From assembly GCA_040758155.1 (NCBI GenBank), contig JBFLWB010000140.1, positions 1-60,388 of the forward strand: 60,388 nt of DNA, written 5' to 3'. The stretch is from Thermodesulfobacteriota bacterium. GTDB lineage: Bacteria > Desulfobacterota > Deferrimicrobia > Deferrimicrobiales > Deferrimicrobiaceae. The position numbers and the translations under genes were made by a program. A model generated the notes under the pieces. That model was not told where the DNA came from. It saw nothing but the letters and a program-made list of their open reading frames with translations, and ran no database searches. This document shows positions 38,819-48,612 of this stretch, one piece after another. Position 1 is the stretch's first letter, and every line of letters starts with the position of its first letter.

Positions 38819-39169
38819 TCAGGCCGGCTTCTGCGCCTCGGGAGCCGCCGCATCCTGGCTGGTGCCGGAGACGGCGCTCCGGGTCACCTTGACGCGCACC
38901 TTTTCGGCGATCTCCAGGGTCAGCGTGGTCTCGGTCAGCCCCTTGATCTCCCCGTGGATCCCGCCGGTGGTGACCACGCGGTCACCCACCTTGAGGTTCC
39001 GGATGAACTCCTGGTGCTTCTTCGCCTGCTTCTGCTGCGGCCGGATGAGCAGGAAGTAGAAGATCACGAACATCAGCAGGATCGGAACGAATCCCAGGAA
39101 CCCGCCGCCTCCCCCGGTGCCTCCCCCGGGGCTGCCGCCCATGGCATAAGCCACACCCGCGATCATCAT
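38819..39169 (-). CDS. yajC: Preprotein translocase subunit YajC
   Basis: 116 aa. Single TM followed by IRPQQKQAKKHQEF...GDRVVTTGGIHG. Confidence 0.9.
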   Translation of the reverse strand: MMIAGVAYAMGGSPGGGTGGGGGFLGFVPILLMFVIFYFLLIRPQQKQAKKHQEFIRNLKVGDRVVTTGGIHGEIKGLTETTLTLEIAEKVRVKVTRSAVSGTSQDAAAPEAQKPA

Positions 39170-39194
39170 CGGAGCTCCTCCCCCTTCGACGTTC

Positions 39195-40304
39195 TCATTC
39201 GATGCCTGAATCGAGTGATTTTTTCACAAAATCTGCGAAGTTTCCACGGGAAATTGCCTCGCGCGCCCGTTCCATGAGCCCGGCGTAAAACGAAAGGTTG
39301 TGGACGGTCATGGCCATGGAGGCCAGCATCTCCCCCTGCACGTAGAGGTGGCGCAGGTAGGCCCGGGAGAAGATACTGCAGGTCGGGCAGCCGCAGCTCC
39401 CGTCGGGGGGAAGCGGGTCGTCCTTGTACCGCGCCTGCTTGACGCTCAGCGGCCCCGCGGAAGTGAACATCATTCCGTTCCTCGCGTTCCGGGTGGGCAG
39501 CACGCAATCGAACAGGTCGATCCCCCGGGAGACCGCGAACAGCAGGTCACCGGGCGTTCCGACGCCCATCAGGTACCGCGGCAGCGCGGTCGGAAGCAAC
39601 AGCGCCGTCCGGTCGACGGTCTCCCGCTGGAGCTCCTTCCCTTCCCCCACGCTTACCCCCCCGATGGCGAACCCGTCGAACGGCATCGCGCAGACCTCCT
39701 CCACGCTGCGCTTCCGGAGGTCGGGGAACATCCCCCCCTGGACGATCCCGAACATGCCCCCTTCCGGGAGCGTCCTCGCCGCCAGGCATCGGCCCGCCCA
39801 CAAGGTGGTCCGCCGGACCGCCTCCTCCGCCTCCTCCCGTTTCGCGGGGTACGCGACGCACTCGTCGAGCGCCATCCGGATGTCCGACCCGAGCGCCTCC
39901 TGCACCTCGACCGCAAGCTCGGGCGTGAGCGTGTGCGCGGAGCCGTCGACGTGGGACCGGAACGAGACCGCTTCGTCGGACACCTTCCGGAGGGCGCTCA
40001 GGGAAAACACCTGGAACCCGCCGCTGTCGGTGAGGATCAGCCGGTCCCATCCCATGAAGCGGTGGACCCCCCCCAACTCCCGGATCCGCAGGTGCCCGGG
40101 GCGCAGGTAGAGGTGATACGTGTTCCCCAGGATGCATCCGTATCCCATGCCGCGGAGCTGATCCGGCCACACCCCCTTCACTGTCGCCGCCGTTCCCACG
40201 GGCATGAACGCGGGCGTCCGGAAGGAGCCGCGCTCCGTCTCGATCGTCCCGCAGCGCGCATCCGTCGCGGCGTCCTTCGCCTCGATGATGAAACGCAGAG
40301 TCAA
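39195..40304 (-). CDS. tgt: tRNA-guanine(34) transglycosylase
   Basis: 3' part of track ORF 39195-40517. TPAFMPVGT, LTDSGGFQ and the zinc site CGCPTC...H. TTG start at 40304, preceded by AAGGAG with a 6-nt spacer. Confidence 0.93.
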   Translation of the reverse strand: MTLRFIIEAKDAATDARCGTIETERGSFRTPAFMPVGTAATVKGVWPDQLRGMGYGCILGNTYHLYLRPGHLRIRELGGVHRFMGWDRLILTDSGGFQVFSLSALRKVSDEAVSFRSHVDGSAHTLTPELAVEVQEALGSDIRMALDECVAYPAKREEAEEAVRRTTLWAGRCLAARTLPEGGMFGIVQGGMFPDLRKRSVEEVCAMPFDGFAIGGVSVGEGKELQRETVDRTALLLPTALPRYLMGVGTPGDLLFAVSRGIDLFDCVLPTRNARNGMMFTSAGPLSVKQARYKDDPLPPDGSCGCPTCSIFSRAYLRHLYVQGEMLASMAMTVHNLSFYAGLMERAREAISRGNFADFVKKSLDSGIE

Positions 40305-40335
40305 ACGATACTCCTTTCGCGGGCTGGCGTTGACA

Positions 40336-40443
40336 AGCCGGCGGGGGACACACCTGTCGGGGCAGAGGGGGACAGACTTAGCTTCAAACACGGGATGAAG
40401 GGTTAAGTCTGTCCCCCGCCTGGTATGTCCCCCTCTACCGGCT
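40336..40443. repeat. Nested palindromic element filling the queA-tgt spacer
   Basis: Four arms share GGGGGACA/TGTCCCCC: 40336-40350, 40364-40380, 40404-40420 and 40426-40443. The inner stem is a perfect 14 bp, GGGGGACAGACTTA/TAAGTCTGTCCCCC. A related copy lies at 52281-52340. Confidence 0.8.
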
Positions 40444-41496
40444 TTACCAAATGAACATTGCGTCGCCGTAGCTGTAAAACCTGTAGCGACGCTCCACCGC
40501 CTCGCGGTAGGCCGCACGCACCGCGTCGACCCCCGCGAAGGCCATCACCAGCGCGAGCAGGCTGGAGCGCGGCAGGTGGAAGTTCGTCACCATCGCGTCC
40601 ACGACGCGGAAAGGGCGCCCGGGGAAAAGGAACAGCCTGGTGGTCCCCTCGGAAGGGGCGACGCGCCCGTCCTCCGCGGCGCACGTCTCCAGCGTCCGGA
40701 CGCTGGTGGTCCCCACCGCGACGATCCGCCCGCCCTCGGCGCGCGCGGCGTTGACCGCTTCCGCCGTCTCCGGCGGCATGCGGTAATGTTCGGGGTGGAT
40801 CTCGTACTCCTCCACCTCGTCCGTCCGGATAGGGGAAAAGGTGCCGTAGCCGACGGAAAGCGTGACGCGGGCGATCCCGATCCCGGCGGCCGATATCTGT
40901 CGGAGCATCTCCTCGTCGAAATGGAGCCCCGCCGTGGGGGCGGCCACGGAGCCGGAATGCTCTGCATACACCGTCTGGTACCGGACCTTATCCTCCTCCG
41001 CCGCGGGATCGCCGACAGCTCTCCGGATGTAGGGGGGTAGCGGAACCTCCCCCACCCGCTCGAGAAGCTCCAGCAGGGAGCCGCCCGCGGCCGCAAGGGC
41101 GACCTCCCATTTCCCCCCGCCGCGATATCGCTCCAGCCGGACCGTCAGCCCGCCGATATCGAATACATCCCCTTCCTTGAGCCGCTTCGAGGGGCGCGCC
41201 AGCGCTTCCCATCGCTCCCCGCCCCCCCCCGCCGCGCCGCTCGGGGAAAGCAGCAGGATCTCGACGGCGCCGCCCCCCTTCCTCACGGCTCGCAGGCGGC
41301 CGCGGAGGACCCGGGTGTCGTTCACGACGAGCAGGTCTCCTTTCCGCAGCAGGGACGGGAGATCGGAGAACACCCGGTCGGCGGTCTTCCCCGTCGGACG
41401 GGAAAGGACCATCAGACGCGCGTCCCGCCGGCGGGGAACGGGGCGCTGCGCGACGAGCTCGGGCGGAAGATCGTAGTCCAGGAGGCAGGTCTTCAG
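40444..41496 (-). CDS. queA: S-adenosylmethionine:tRNA ribosyltransferase-isomerase
   Basis: 3' part of track ORF 40444-41907. N-terminal LLDYDLPPELVAQRP, C-terminal FYSYGDAMFI. The start is uncertain: the only codon at the expected position is CTG at 41496 (CTGA overlap with the spoIID stop). Confidence 0.85.
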   Translation of the reverse strand: MKTCLLDYDLPPELVAQRPVPRRRDARLMVLSRPTGKTADRVFSDLPSLLRKGDLLVVNDTRVLRGRLRAVRKGGGAVEILLLSPSGAAGGGGERWEALARPSKRLKEGDVFDIGGLTVRLERYRGGGKWEVALAAAGGSLLELLERVGEVPLPPYIRRAVGDPAAEEDKVRYQTVYAEHSGSVAAPTAGLHFDEEMLRQISAAGIGIARVTLSVGYGTFSPIRTDEVEEYEIHPEHYRMPPETAEAVNAARAEGGRIVAVGTTSVRTLETCAAEDGRVAPSEGTTRLFLFPGRPFRVVDAMVTNFHLPRSSLLALVMAFAGVDAVRAAYREAVERRYRFYSYGDAMFIW

Positions 41497-42737
41497 GGGA
41501 TTTCCCTCGCCAGATCGGTGCCGGGGTAGTAGCGCGCGAGGATCTCCCGGAACCCCTTCCCGGACTTCGCCATCCCGTTCGCCCCGAACTGGCACATCCC
41601 GACGCCGTGGCCGTACCCCTCTCCCGTGAAGAGCCACCCGCCGGCGGCCGGCGCGATCGCCATCTTCAGGCTGCGGACGCGCGCATACCCCGCGACGCGG
41701 CGGAATTCCGCCGCGTTCGCCTCCCGGGAAACACCCCCGGATTGGATCCTGACCCGCACCGCCCTCCCCGTGGAAGTCAGCCCCGCGACGGAGAAGCGGA
41801 GGTCCCCCCCGGGAGGGATCCCCATCGCCCGCGCCACCCGGCGCCCTTCCGCCTCGGACATCCGGTACTCCCACCGAAAGACGGGGCTGTCGGAGCAGTC
41901 CTCGCACGCCACGGATCGAAGGTACGGAACATCCTTCCCCCAGGCGTTCGCGGCGGACTCGGTGCGCCCGCCGCAGGTGGAGTGGAAGACCGTCCGCGCC
42001 GGGGCCCCACGGTACAGCAGGACCAGGCCGCGCGTTTCCTCCGCGGCGTTCCGGAACGCCGCCCCGACGTTGTCGGTCCCGTCGAACACCTGGTCCTCGA
42101 CGCTCCCGAGGACGTCGAACAGCGGGTCCCTGGGCGTTCGCGCAGCGTCGACGGCGTACGTCCGGGTGGCGACCGCCTGCGCTGCGAGCGCCTCGGGATG
42201 GAACAGCTCCGGGACCTCCCGGCTGATCACGGCGGCCACATAGCTTTCCAGGGGGACCACCGCAACGGCGACGAGCTTCCCGTTCCGCGCCGTCAGGCGG
42301 AGCCTGCCCCCGACCTTTCGCCCATCCATCCGGAGCTCCGGGATGCCGGCGACGTCGACGCTATCGCCGAGAAGCTGCGCTCCGTCGAACCGGATCCGCC
42401 CCCCCACCGCGCCGAGCGGGACGTTCCCCGACGCCTGGGCCAGCAGCCTGCCGGCGGCGTCCCAGACGTTTACCCGGTCCGCGGACAGCGTGACGGCTTC
42501 GGCGTCCCCCCCGATGCGGACCCGGAGGAAGCGGGGCCCCGCGGATTCGGGCGGACGCGTCGCTTCGGGTGGCCGGGGACGCTCCGGGACGGCGGGAGGT
42601 TTCGCGGGCGGCGCTTCCGCCGGCGGGCGAGGCCGGGCACCGGTGCAGGAGAGGAGAAGGCCGATCCCCGCGCAGAAAAGTAGAGGGAACAGCGTCCCCG
42701 CCGCGAAGGCGGAGACGCTCCGCCGATACATGGACAT
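41493..42737 (-). CDS. SpoIID/LytB domain protein (secreted)
   Basis: 414 aa. Signal/TM segment, then SpoIID core motifs HSTCGGRTE and GHGVGMCQFGA. Confidence 0.85.
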   Translation of the reverse strand: MSMYRRSVSAFAAGTLFPLLFCAGIGLLLSCTGARPRPPAEAPPAKPPAVPERPRPPEATRPPESAGPRFLRVRIGGDAEAVTLSADRVNVWDAAGRLLAQASGNVPLGAVGGRIRFDGAQLLGDSVDVAGIPELRMDGRKVGGRLRLTARNGKLVAVAVVPLESYVAAVISREVPELFHPEALAAQAVATRTYAVDAARTPRDPLFDVLGSVEDQVFDGTDNVGAAFRNAAEETRGLVLLYRGAPARTVFHSTCGGRTESAANAWGKDVPYLRSVACEDCSDSPVFRWEYRMSEAEGRRVARAMGIPPGGDLRFSVAGLTSTGRAVRVRIQSGGVSREANAAEFRRVAGYARVRSLKMAIAPAAGGWLFTGEGYGHGVGMCQFGANGMAKSGKGFREILARYYPGTDLAREIP

Positions 42738-42744
42738 GCTTTTC

Positions 42745-43521
42745 TTAGTCCTGCCGCTTTCCGGAGGCTTCCCTGACCGCCTTCGCCGCCTCCATGAACG
42801 GCGTGAGCAGGTCGATCGGCACGGGGAAGATGGTCGTCGAGTTGTTCTCCGCGGCCACTTCCCGCAGCGTCTGGAGGTACCGGAGCTGGACGGCGACCGG
42901 GGTCTCCGAGATGATCCGTGCGGCGTCGGAAAGCTTCTGCGCCGCCTGGAACTCCCCTTCGGCCCCGATGACCTTGGCGCGCCGCTCTCGCTCCGCCTCG
43001 GCCTGCTTCGCGATCGCGCGCTGCATCTCCTGGGGGAGATCGATGTTCTTGATCTCGACCTTCGCGACCTTGACGCCCCACGGCTCGGTGTCCTTGTCGA
43101 GGATCTCCTGGATGTGGGTGTTGATCTTGTCGCGCTCGGACAGTAGCGTGTCCAGCTCCGCCTGGCCGCAGACGGAGCGCAGCGTCGTCTGCGAAAGCTG
43201 CGACGTCGCGTAGAGGTAGTTCTCGACGCTGATGATCGCCTTGTTCGGGTCGATGACCCGGAAATAGATCACGGCGCTCACCTTGATGGTGACGTTGTCC
43301 ATCGTGATGACGTCCTGCGCCGGGACATCCATGGCGACGACGCGCAAGTCCACCCGGACCATCCGGTCGATGACGGGGATCAGGATGATGAGCCCCGGCC
43401 CCTTGGCTCCGATCACGCGCCCCAGCCGGAAGATCACGCCCCGCTCGTACTCGTTCAGGATCTTGATCGCGCTGTACAGGAAGAAGATTGCCAGCACAAG
43501 CCCGGCCGCCAATACGGTCAT
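42745..43521 (-). CDS. SPFH/band-7 (stomatin-like) membrane protein
   Basis: 258 aa. N-terminal TM, then [14 protein letters not shown] and the coiled [13 protein letters not shown] region. Confidence 0.9.
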   Translation of the reverse strand: MTVLAAGLVLAIFFLYSAIKILNEYERGVIFRLGRVIGAKGPGLIILIPVIDRMVRVDLRVVAMDVPAQDVITMDNVTIKVSAVIYFRVIDPNKAIISVENYLYATSQLSQTTLRSVCGQAELDTLLSERDKINTHIQEILDKDTEPWGVKVAKVEIKNIDLPQEMQRAIAKQAEAERERRAKVIGAEGEFQAAQKLSDAARIISETPVAVQLRYLQTLREVAAENNSTTIFPVPIDLLTPFMEAAKAVREASGKRQD

Positions 43522-44873
43522 TTCTCAGCCCTCCCGGCGTCGGCCGGATGCCCCGGCTCGACGATCAGAGTCATCCCCTCGACGGACCTCACGATCACCC
43601 GATCCCCTTTCCGCACCGGCCGGTCGGAGCGCGCGTCCCAGAGCTCTCCGACGATGAACACCTTGCCCCTCCCGTCGATGTCCGTCACCGCCTCTCCCGT
43701 TTCGTCGACCATCCCTCCCTGGCCGAAGAACGGCTTGCGGAGCTGGCTGCGCACCGCCAGGGAGATCACGACGGCGAAGAAGACCGCCGAGATCGCGACC
43801 ATGGAGATCAGCACGCTCCAGGAAACGCGCAGGAACGGGTCGGCGCTGTCCCGGAAGAGCATAAGGCTGCCGAGGACCATGGACACGATCCCGCCGATGG
43901 CCAGGGCGCCGTGCGACTGGATCTTCAGCTCCAGGAAGAACAGGACGATGGAGAGCAGGATCAGGAGGAAGCCGGCGTAGTTCGCCGACAGGGTCTGGAG
44001 CGCGTAGAACCCGAGAACCAGGCAGATCCCCCCGACGACTCCCGGGAATACCGCTCCCGGCGACGCGAGCTCGAAGTAGATCCCGTAGATCCCGATCATC
44101 AGGAGAATGTAGGCGATGTTCGGGTTCGCGAGGGCCGCCAGGATGCGGTGCCGAAGCCCCATGGGGACCCGGGTCACCTCCGCCCCCTTCGTCTTGAGGA
44201 CGAAGGTCCTCTCCCCCTTCTTCACCGTGCGGCCGTCGATCCGGGCAAGAAGCTCCCGGAGGTCCGACGCGACCAGGTCGATCACCTTCTTCTCCAGCGC
44301 GTCCTTCGCCGACAGGGAGGCGCTCTCCCGGACGGCGCTCTCGGCCCACTCGGCATTGCGGCCCGACTGTGCGGCCAGCGAACGGGCGTAGGCCGCGGCG
44401 TCGTTCTCCACCTTCTTCGACATGGTGTTGTCCATCGGGCCGCCGCCGACGCTGACGGGGTGGGCGGCCCCGATGTTCGTCCCGGGGGCCATCGCCGCGA
44501 CGTCGGAAGCCAGCGTGATGAGGACCCCCGCCGACGCGGCGCGCGAGCCCGAGGGGGATACGTACACCGCCACCGGAACCTTGCTCTTCAGGATCCCCTG
44601 CACCATCTGGCGCATCGCGCTGTCCAGCCCGCCGGGGGTGTCGAGCTCCACGACGAGGAGGGCCGCCCCCGCGTCCTCCGCCTGCTCGATGACGTCTTCC
44701 AGGTAATCGGCTGTGACCGGAGTGATCGGCGCGGCGATCGTGGCCACCATCACCTCCGCGCCCTTCGGAACCGGCGCCTTCTCCACGGCGGACGGCTCCG
44801 ACGCCCGGGCCGGGAGGCGCGCCAGGGCCAGCAGCAGGAACGGGATGATGAAAAACCGGGATCGCAGCGTCAC
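43518..44873 (-). CDS. nfeD: NfeD-family membrane-bound ClpP-class serine protease
   Basis: 3' part of track ORF 43518-45941. GTG start at 44873 (GTGA overlap). Signal peptide, ClpP-like TPGGLDSAM...SAGV domain, TM bundle, and C-terminal OB domain. Paired with the SPFH gene. Confidence 0.85.
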   Translation of the reverse strand: MTLRSRFFIIPFLLLALARLPARASEPSAVEKAPVPKGAEVMVATIAAPITPVTADYLEDVIEQAEDAGAALLVVELDTPGGLDSAMRQMVQGILKSKVPVAVYVSPSGSRAASAGVLITLASDVAAMAPGTNIGAAHPVSVGGGPMDNTMSKKVENDAAAYARSLAAQSGRNAEWAESAVRESASLSAKDALEKKVIDLVASDLRELLARIDGRTVKKGERTFVLKTKGAEVTRVPMGLRHRILAALANPNIAYILLMIGIYGIYFELASPGAVFPGVVGGICLVLGFYALQTLSANYAGFLLILLSIVLFFLELKIQSHGALAIGGIVSMVLGSLMLFRDSADPFLRVSWSVLISMVAISAVFFAVVISLAVRSQLRKPFFGQGGMVDETGEAVTDIDGRGKVFIVGELWDARSDRPVRKGDRVIVRSVEGMTLIVEPGHPADAGRAEK

Positions 44874-46063
44874 GTCGCTCGCTTCCTGTAGACGGCGAAC
44901 TTCAGGTACTCGGTTTCCGGAACCGAGAGCAGCACGGGATGGTCCGGCGGCTGGCCCCCCAAGGCGACCAGCTCGAGGTCGGCGCCGGCATCCGCGGCCG
45001 CATCCGCCAGGGCTTCCTTCCATTTGGCCATATCGACGAGTTGGGTGCAAGACGAGGTGGCGAGCAGTCCCCCTGGGGAAAGGACCGAAAGCCCCATCCG
45101 GTTGATGTCCCGGTACCCCCGGAGCGCGCCTTCCCGCCCCTCCCGGGTTTTCGTGAAGGAGGGGGGATCCAGCACCACGAGGTCGAAGCGCATCCCCGCC
45201 GCGAAGAACTCCCGGAGCGATTGGAAAAGGTCCCCGGTCTCGCCCCCCCAGCTGGCCGAGAAACCGTTCCGGGCGGCGTTTTCCCTGGCCGCCTCCACCG
45301 CGGCGCGGGAGGAATCGACCGCCAGGACGCTCTTCGCCCCGCCTGCGAGGGCGTAAAGCCCGAACCCACCCGCGGCGCAGAAGCCGTCGAGGACGGTCCT
45401 CCCCTTCGCCAGGCGGCGGACGATGTTCCGGTTGGCCCGCTGATCGAGGAAGAAGCCGGTCTTGGGGCCCGATTCCACGTCCACGAGGAAGCGGACGCCG
45501 TCGGTCTCGATCTCCTCGGCGAACGGGCCGCCGCCGCGGACCGGCCCTCTGCGCTCCTCGAGCCCCTCGAGCCGCCGGCCGCCCCCCTCGGAACGCTCGA
45601 AGATCAGCCTCGGGGACAGGATCTCCTCCAGGGAATCCAGGATGGCATCCCGGACGGCCTCCATCCCCGCCGTCAGGATCTGCGCGGAGAGGACGCCGCC
45701 GAACCGGTCGACGATCAGCCCCGGCAGGAAGTCGCCCTCCGAATACATCACCCGCAGCGCACGCTCCTCCCCCATCCCCGCGTCGGCGCGGCGGGCGAGG
45801 GCGTCGCGGATGCGCGACATGACGAAGTGCTGCCCGGGCTCGGCCTCTCCCCGGGACACGCGCCGTAGCGCGAGCCGCGCCCCGAGGTTCGCCGTGGCCG
45901 TGCCTAGGAAATCGCCGCTCCGGGAGAGGACGCGCACCCATTGCCCGGGCGGCATCCCCTCGGGGACTTCGCGCAGGTCATCCCCGAACACCCAGGGATG
46001 TCCGCTCCGGAGGCGGGCCTCGCCTTTCCGGCTCACGCGCACCGGCGGAAGGGGCAGGATCAT
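44870..46063 (-). CDS. rlmI: Class I SAM-dependent rRNA methyltransferase with PUA-like N domain (RlmI-like)
   Basis: 3' part of track ORF 44870-46582, starting at MILPLPPVRVSRKGEARLRSGHPWVF (ATG 46063, ATGA overlap). SAM motif VLDGFCAAGGFG, plus DPPSF. Confidence 0.82.
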   Translation of the reverse strand: MILPLPPVRVSRKGEARLRSGHPWVFGDDLREVPEGMPPGQWVRVLSRSGDFLGTATANLGARLALRRVSRGEAEPGQHFVMSRIRDALARRADAGMGEERALRVMYSEGDFLPGLIVDRFGGVLSAQILTAGMEAVRDAILDSLEEILSPRLIFERSEGGGRRLEGLEERRGPVRGGGPFAEEIETDGVRFLVDVESGPKTGFFLDQRANRNIVRRLAKGRTVLDGFCAAGGFGLYALAGGAKSVLAVDSSRAAVEAARENAARNGFSASWGGETGDLFQSLREFFAAGMRFDLVVLDPPSFTKTREGREGALRGYRDINRMGLSVLSPGGLLATSSCTQLVDMAKWKEALADAAADAGADLELVALGGQPPDHPVLLSVPETEYLKFAVYRKRAT

Positions 46064-46761
46064 TTCGGGAGAGGGAGGGAGAGCTTCCGCCCGATGGCCT
46101 CGAAGTCTCCGAAGACCTCCCGCTCGCGGGACGGGTCGCGGAGGATGAAGGCCGGGTGGTAGGTCGGCAGCAGGGGGATGCCGTTCCATTCCCGCCAGCG
46201 GCCGCGCGCGCGGGTGATCCGCTCGTCGACGCCGCAGAGGTAGTTCAGCGCGGTCAACCCCAGCGTGCAGAGGACCTCCGGGCGTACTGTCCGGATCTGG
46301 CGCAGCAGGTACCCCATACACGCTTTCGCCTCCTCCGGGGTCGGGACCCGGTTTCCCGGGGGGCGGCACTTCACGATGTTGGCGATGTAGACGTCTCCGC
46401 GGGAAAGCCCGATCCGCGCGATCCACTGGTCCAGCCGTTTGCCCGCGGCCCCGACGAAAGGCTCGCCCTGCCGGTCCTCCTCCGCGCCGGGCCCCTCCCC
46501 GACGAACATCAGGCGGGCCCGGGGATTGCCCACGCCAAAGACGATCGTGTTGCGCCCGGAGCACAGCGGGCAGCCGCGGCACTCCTCCAGCTCCCGCCGG
46601 ATCTCCTCGAGCGTCTCCCCCTCCGCGGGCTGCCCCCCTTCCGCGGGCGTCCCCCCTGCCGCGGACGCACCCGTTTCCGCGGGCGGCCTGACCGGGACGT
46701 AATCCAGGCCGACCTCCCGCAGCCAGGCCGCCAGGAGCTTCCGGGAGGAGGTCCTTTTCAT
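46060..46761 (-). CDS. udg: Uracil-DNA glycosylase, family 4
   Basis: 3' part of track ORF 46060-47895, starting at MKRTSSRKLL (ATG 46761, ATGA overlap). CRGCPL, GEGPGAEED and HPAFILR motifs. Confidence 0.88.
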   Translation of the reverse strand: MKRTSSRKLLAAWLREVGLDYVPVRPPAETGASAAGGTPAEGGQPAEGETLEEIRRELEECRGCPLCSGRNTIVFGVGNPRARLMFVGEGPGAEEDRQGEPFVGAAGKRLDQWIARIGLSRGDVYIANIVKCRPPGNRVPTPEEAKACMGYLLRQIRTVRPEVLCTLGLTALNYLCGVDERITRARGRWREWNGIPLLPTYHPAFILRDPSREREVFGDFEAIGRKLSLPLPK

Positions 46762-47960
46762 CCCTTGAGGAACTTGTGGCAGACCGCGCGCCAGACGGCC
46801 GTGGCGATCGCCTCCTTGGCCGCCGTAGCCAGGTGCAGGTCGGTCCCGTCGGAGAAGTACACCCGCACCTCGTTGCTGTCGGAATCGAACCCGATGTCGC
46901 TGCGGGAGACGTCGTTGGCGACGATGGCGTCGAGGTTCTTCCGGCGCATTTTCGCGAGGGCGTTCTCCTCGATGTCGTTCGTCTCCGCCGCGAAGCCGAT
47001 CAGCACCCGGCTCCGCTTCGACTCGCCGAGGGAGGCGAGGATGTCGTCCGTGGGGACCAGGTCGATCCGCTCCGGCAATTCCTCCTTCTTGATCTTCCGG
47101 GAGGCCGCGGCGTCCGGGCGGAAGTCCGCAACCGCCGCCACCATGACCACGGCGTCGGCGTTCTCTGCCGCCTTCTCGACGGCGTTCTTCATCTCCCGCG
47201 CGGAACGGACCCGCTCGACCTTCATGTATGGAGGGTCCGGGAGGCGGGTCGGCCCGCTCACGAGGGTCACCTCCGCGCCGAACCGCCGCGCGACCGCCGC
47301 CATGGCGTACCCCATCTTGCCGCTGGCGCGGTTCGAAAGGAACCGGACGGGATCGATGTCCTCGACCGTCGGACCGGCCGCGACGACCACCTTCTTCCCC
47401 TTGAGGATCTTGTCCGCCAGGAGGATCCGCGCCATCTCCAGGATCTTCCCCGTGTCCGCCAGCCGGCCGGGGCCCACGGTGCCGCACGCCAGGTCGCCCT
47501 CGTCCGGATCGATGAGCGTAACGCCACGATCGAGGAGGACCTCGACGTTCTCCCGGACCGCCGGGGAGGCGTACATCTCGCTGTTCATCGCGGGGGCGAG
47601 CAGGATCGGGGCCGTGGTGGCCATCGCGACCGTGGAGAGGAGGTCGTCGGCGATGCCGTTGCGGATCTTCCCGATGATGTTGGCGGTGGCGGGCGCGATC
47701 AGCAGGAGCTGCGCCCTTTGGGCGAGGGAGATGTGCCCGATCTCGGACTCGCTGATGAGGTTGAACATGTCGGTGTGGACCGGGTTCTTCGAAAGCGTCT
47801 GCAGCGTGAGCGGCGTGATGAACTGGCTCCCCGCCGCGGTCAGGACGACGACGACGTTCGCGCCCTCCTTCCGGAGCTCCCGGACGATCTCGCACGCCTT
47901 GTACGCCGCGATCCCCCCGGTCACCCCGAGAACGACCTGCCTGCCCGCCAGCGTGGTCAT
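46758..47960 (-). CDS. coaBC: Bifunctional phosphopantothenoylcysteine decarboxylase / phosphopantothenate-cysteine ligase
   Basis: 400 aa. Flavoprotein N domain (GVTGGIAAYK, PAMN) and DFP C domain (SNRASGKMG). Confidence 0.95.
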   Translation of the reverse strand: MTTLAGRQVVLGVTGGIAAYKACEIVRELRKEGANVVVVLTAAGSQFITPLTLQTLSKNPVHTDMFNLISESEIGHISLAQRAQLLLIAPATANIIGKIRNGIADDLLSTVAMATTAPILLAPAMNSEMYASPAVRENVEVLLDRGVTLIDPDEGDLACGTVGPGRLADTGKILEMARILLADKILKGKKVVVAAGPTVEDIDPVRFLSNRASGKMGYAMAAVARRFGAEVTLVSGPTRLPDPPYMKVERVRSAREMKNAVEKAAENADAVVMVAAVADFRPDAAASRKIKKEELPERIDLVPTDDILASLGESKRSRVLIGFAAETNDIEENALAKMRRKNLDAIVANDVSRSDIGFDSDSNEVRVYFSDGTDLHLATAAKEAIATAVWRAVCHKFLKG

Positions 47961-47964
47961 GGCC

Positions 47965-48612
47965 TCACGCCTCCCCGGTAAGGAATGGATTGCTCCGCTT
48001 CTCCTGCTCCACCGTCGTGGCGGGGCCGTGCCCCGGAAGGAGGATCGTATCGTCCGGCAGGACGAGGATCTTCTCCCGGATGGCGCGCATCAGCTCCGCG
48101 TAGGACCCTCCCGGGAGATCGGTCCGCCCCACGGAGCCGGCGAAGATCAGGTCCCCCACGAACGCCATCCCCCCCGCCACGAAGGAGACGTGCCCGGGGG
48201 AATGGCCGGGAGTGTGCAGCACGCGGAACTCCTGGTCCGCGAGCCGGACGACGTCCCCCTCGTTCACCAGCACGTCGGGCGGGGGAGGCTCGGGAACGCC
48301 GAGCCCGAACATCGCCCCCTGCCGCGGCGCCGCCAGCATCCGGCCGACCTCGTCGGGGTGGATGTAAACCGCCGCGCCCGTCCGCTCCTTCAGGAACCGG
48401 ATCCCGCCCACGTGGTCGAAATGGCCGTGGGTGATCAGGATCTTCTCCAGGGTCAGCCCCTCCTCCGTCAGCAGCCGGAGGATCTCCTCCCCGTCGTCCC
48501 CCGGATCGATCACGACCGCGCGCCCGCTCGCGGGGTGCCCCACGATGTAGGCGTTCTCCGCGAGCGCCCCGACCTCGAGCACCAGGACGCGGAGCGGCGG
48601 CTCCTCGCTCAT
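47965..48612 (-). CDS. MBL-fold metallo-hydrolase (glyoxalase II-like)
   Basis: 3' part of track ORF 47965-50085, starting at MSEEPPLRVLVLEVG (ATG 48612, ATGA overlap). THGHFDH motif. Confidence 0.85.
   Translation of the reverse strand: MSEEPPLRVLVLEVGALAENAYIVGHPASGRAVVIDPGDDGEEILRLLTEEGLTLEKILITHGHFDHVGGIRFLKERTGAAVYIHPDEVGRMLAAPRQGAMFGLGVPEPPPPDVLVNEGDVVRLADQEFRVLHTPGHSPGHVSFVAGGMAFVGDLIFAGSVGRTDLPGGSYAELMRAIREKILVLPDDTILLPGHGPATTVEQEKRSNPFLTGEA

Noticed and set aside
40330-40335. A perfect TTGACA -35 hexamer on the plus strand in the queA-tgt spacer.
   Set aside because: There is no plus-strand gene downstream and no matching -10 at the right spacing. The hexamer is simply part of the sequence flanking the palindrome.
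40305-40443. A preQ1 riboswitch, given the location between two queuosine genes.
   Set aside because: There is no small H-type pseudoknot with an A-rich tail (class I). I also recognise none of the class II or III features. A related palindrome occurs at 52.3 kb next to unrelated genes, which favours a generic repeat.
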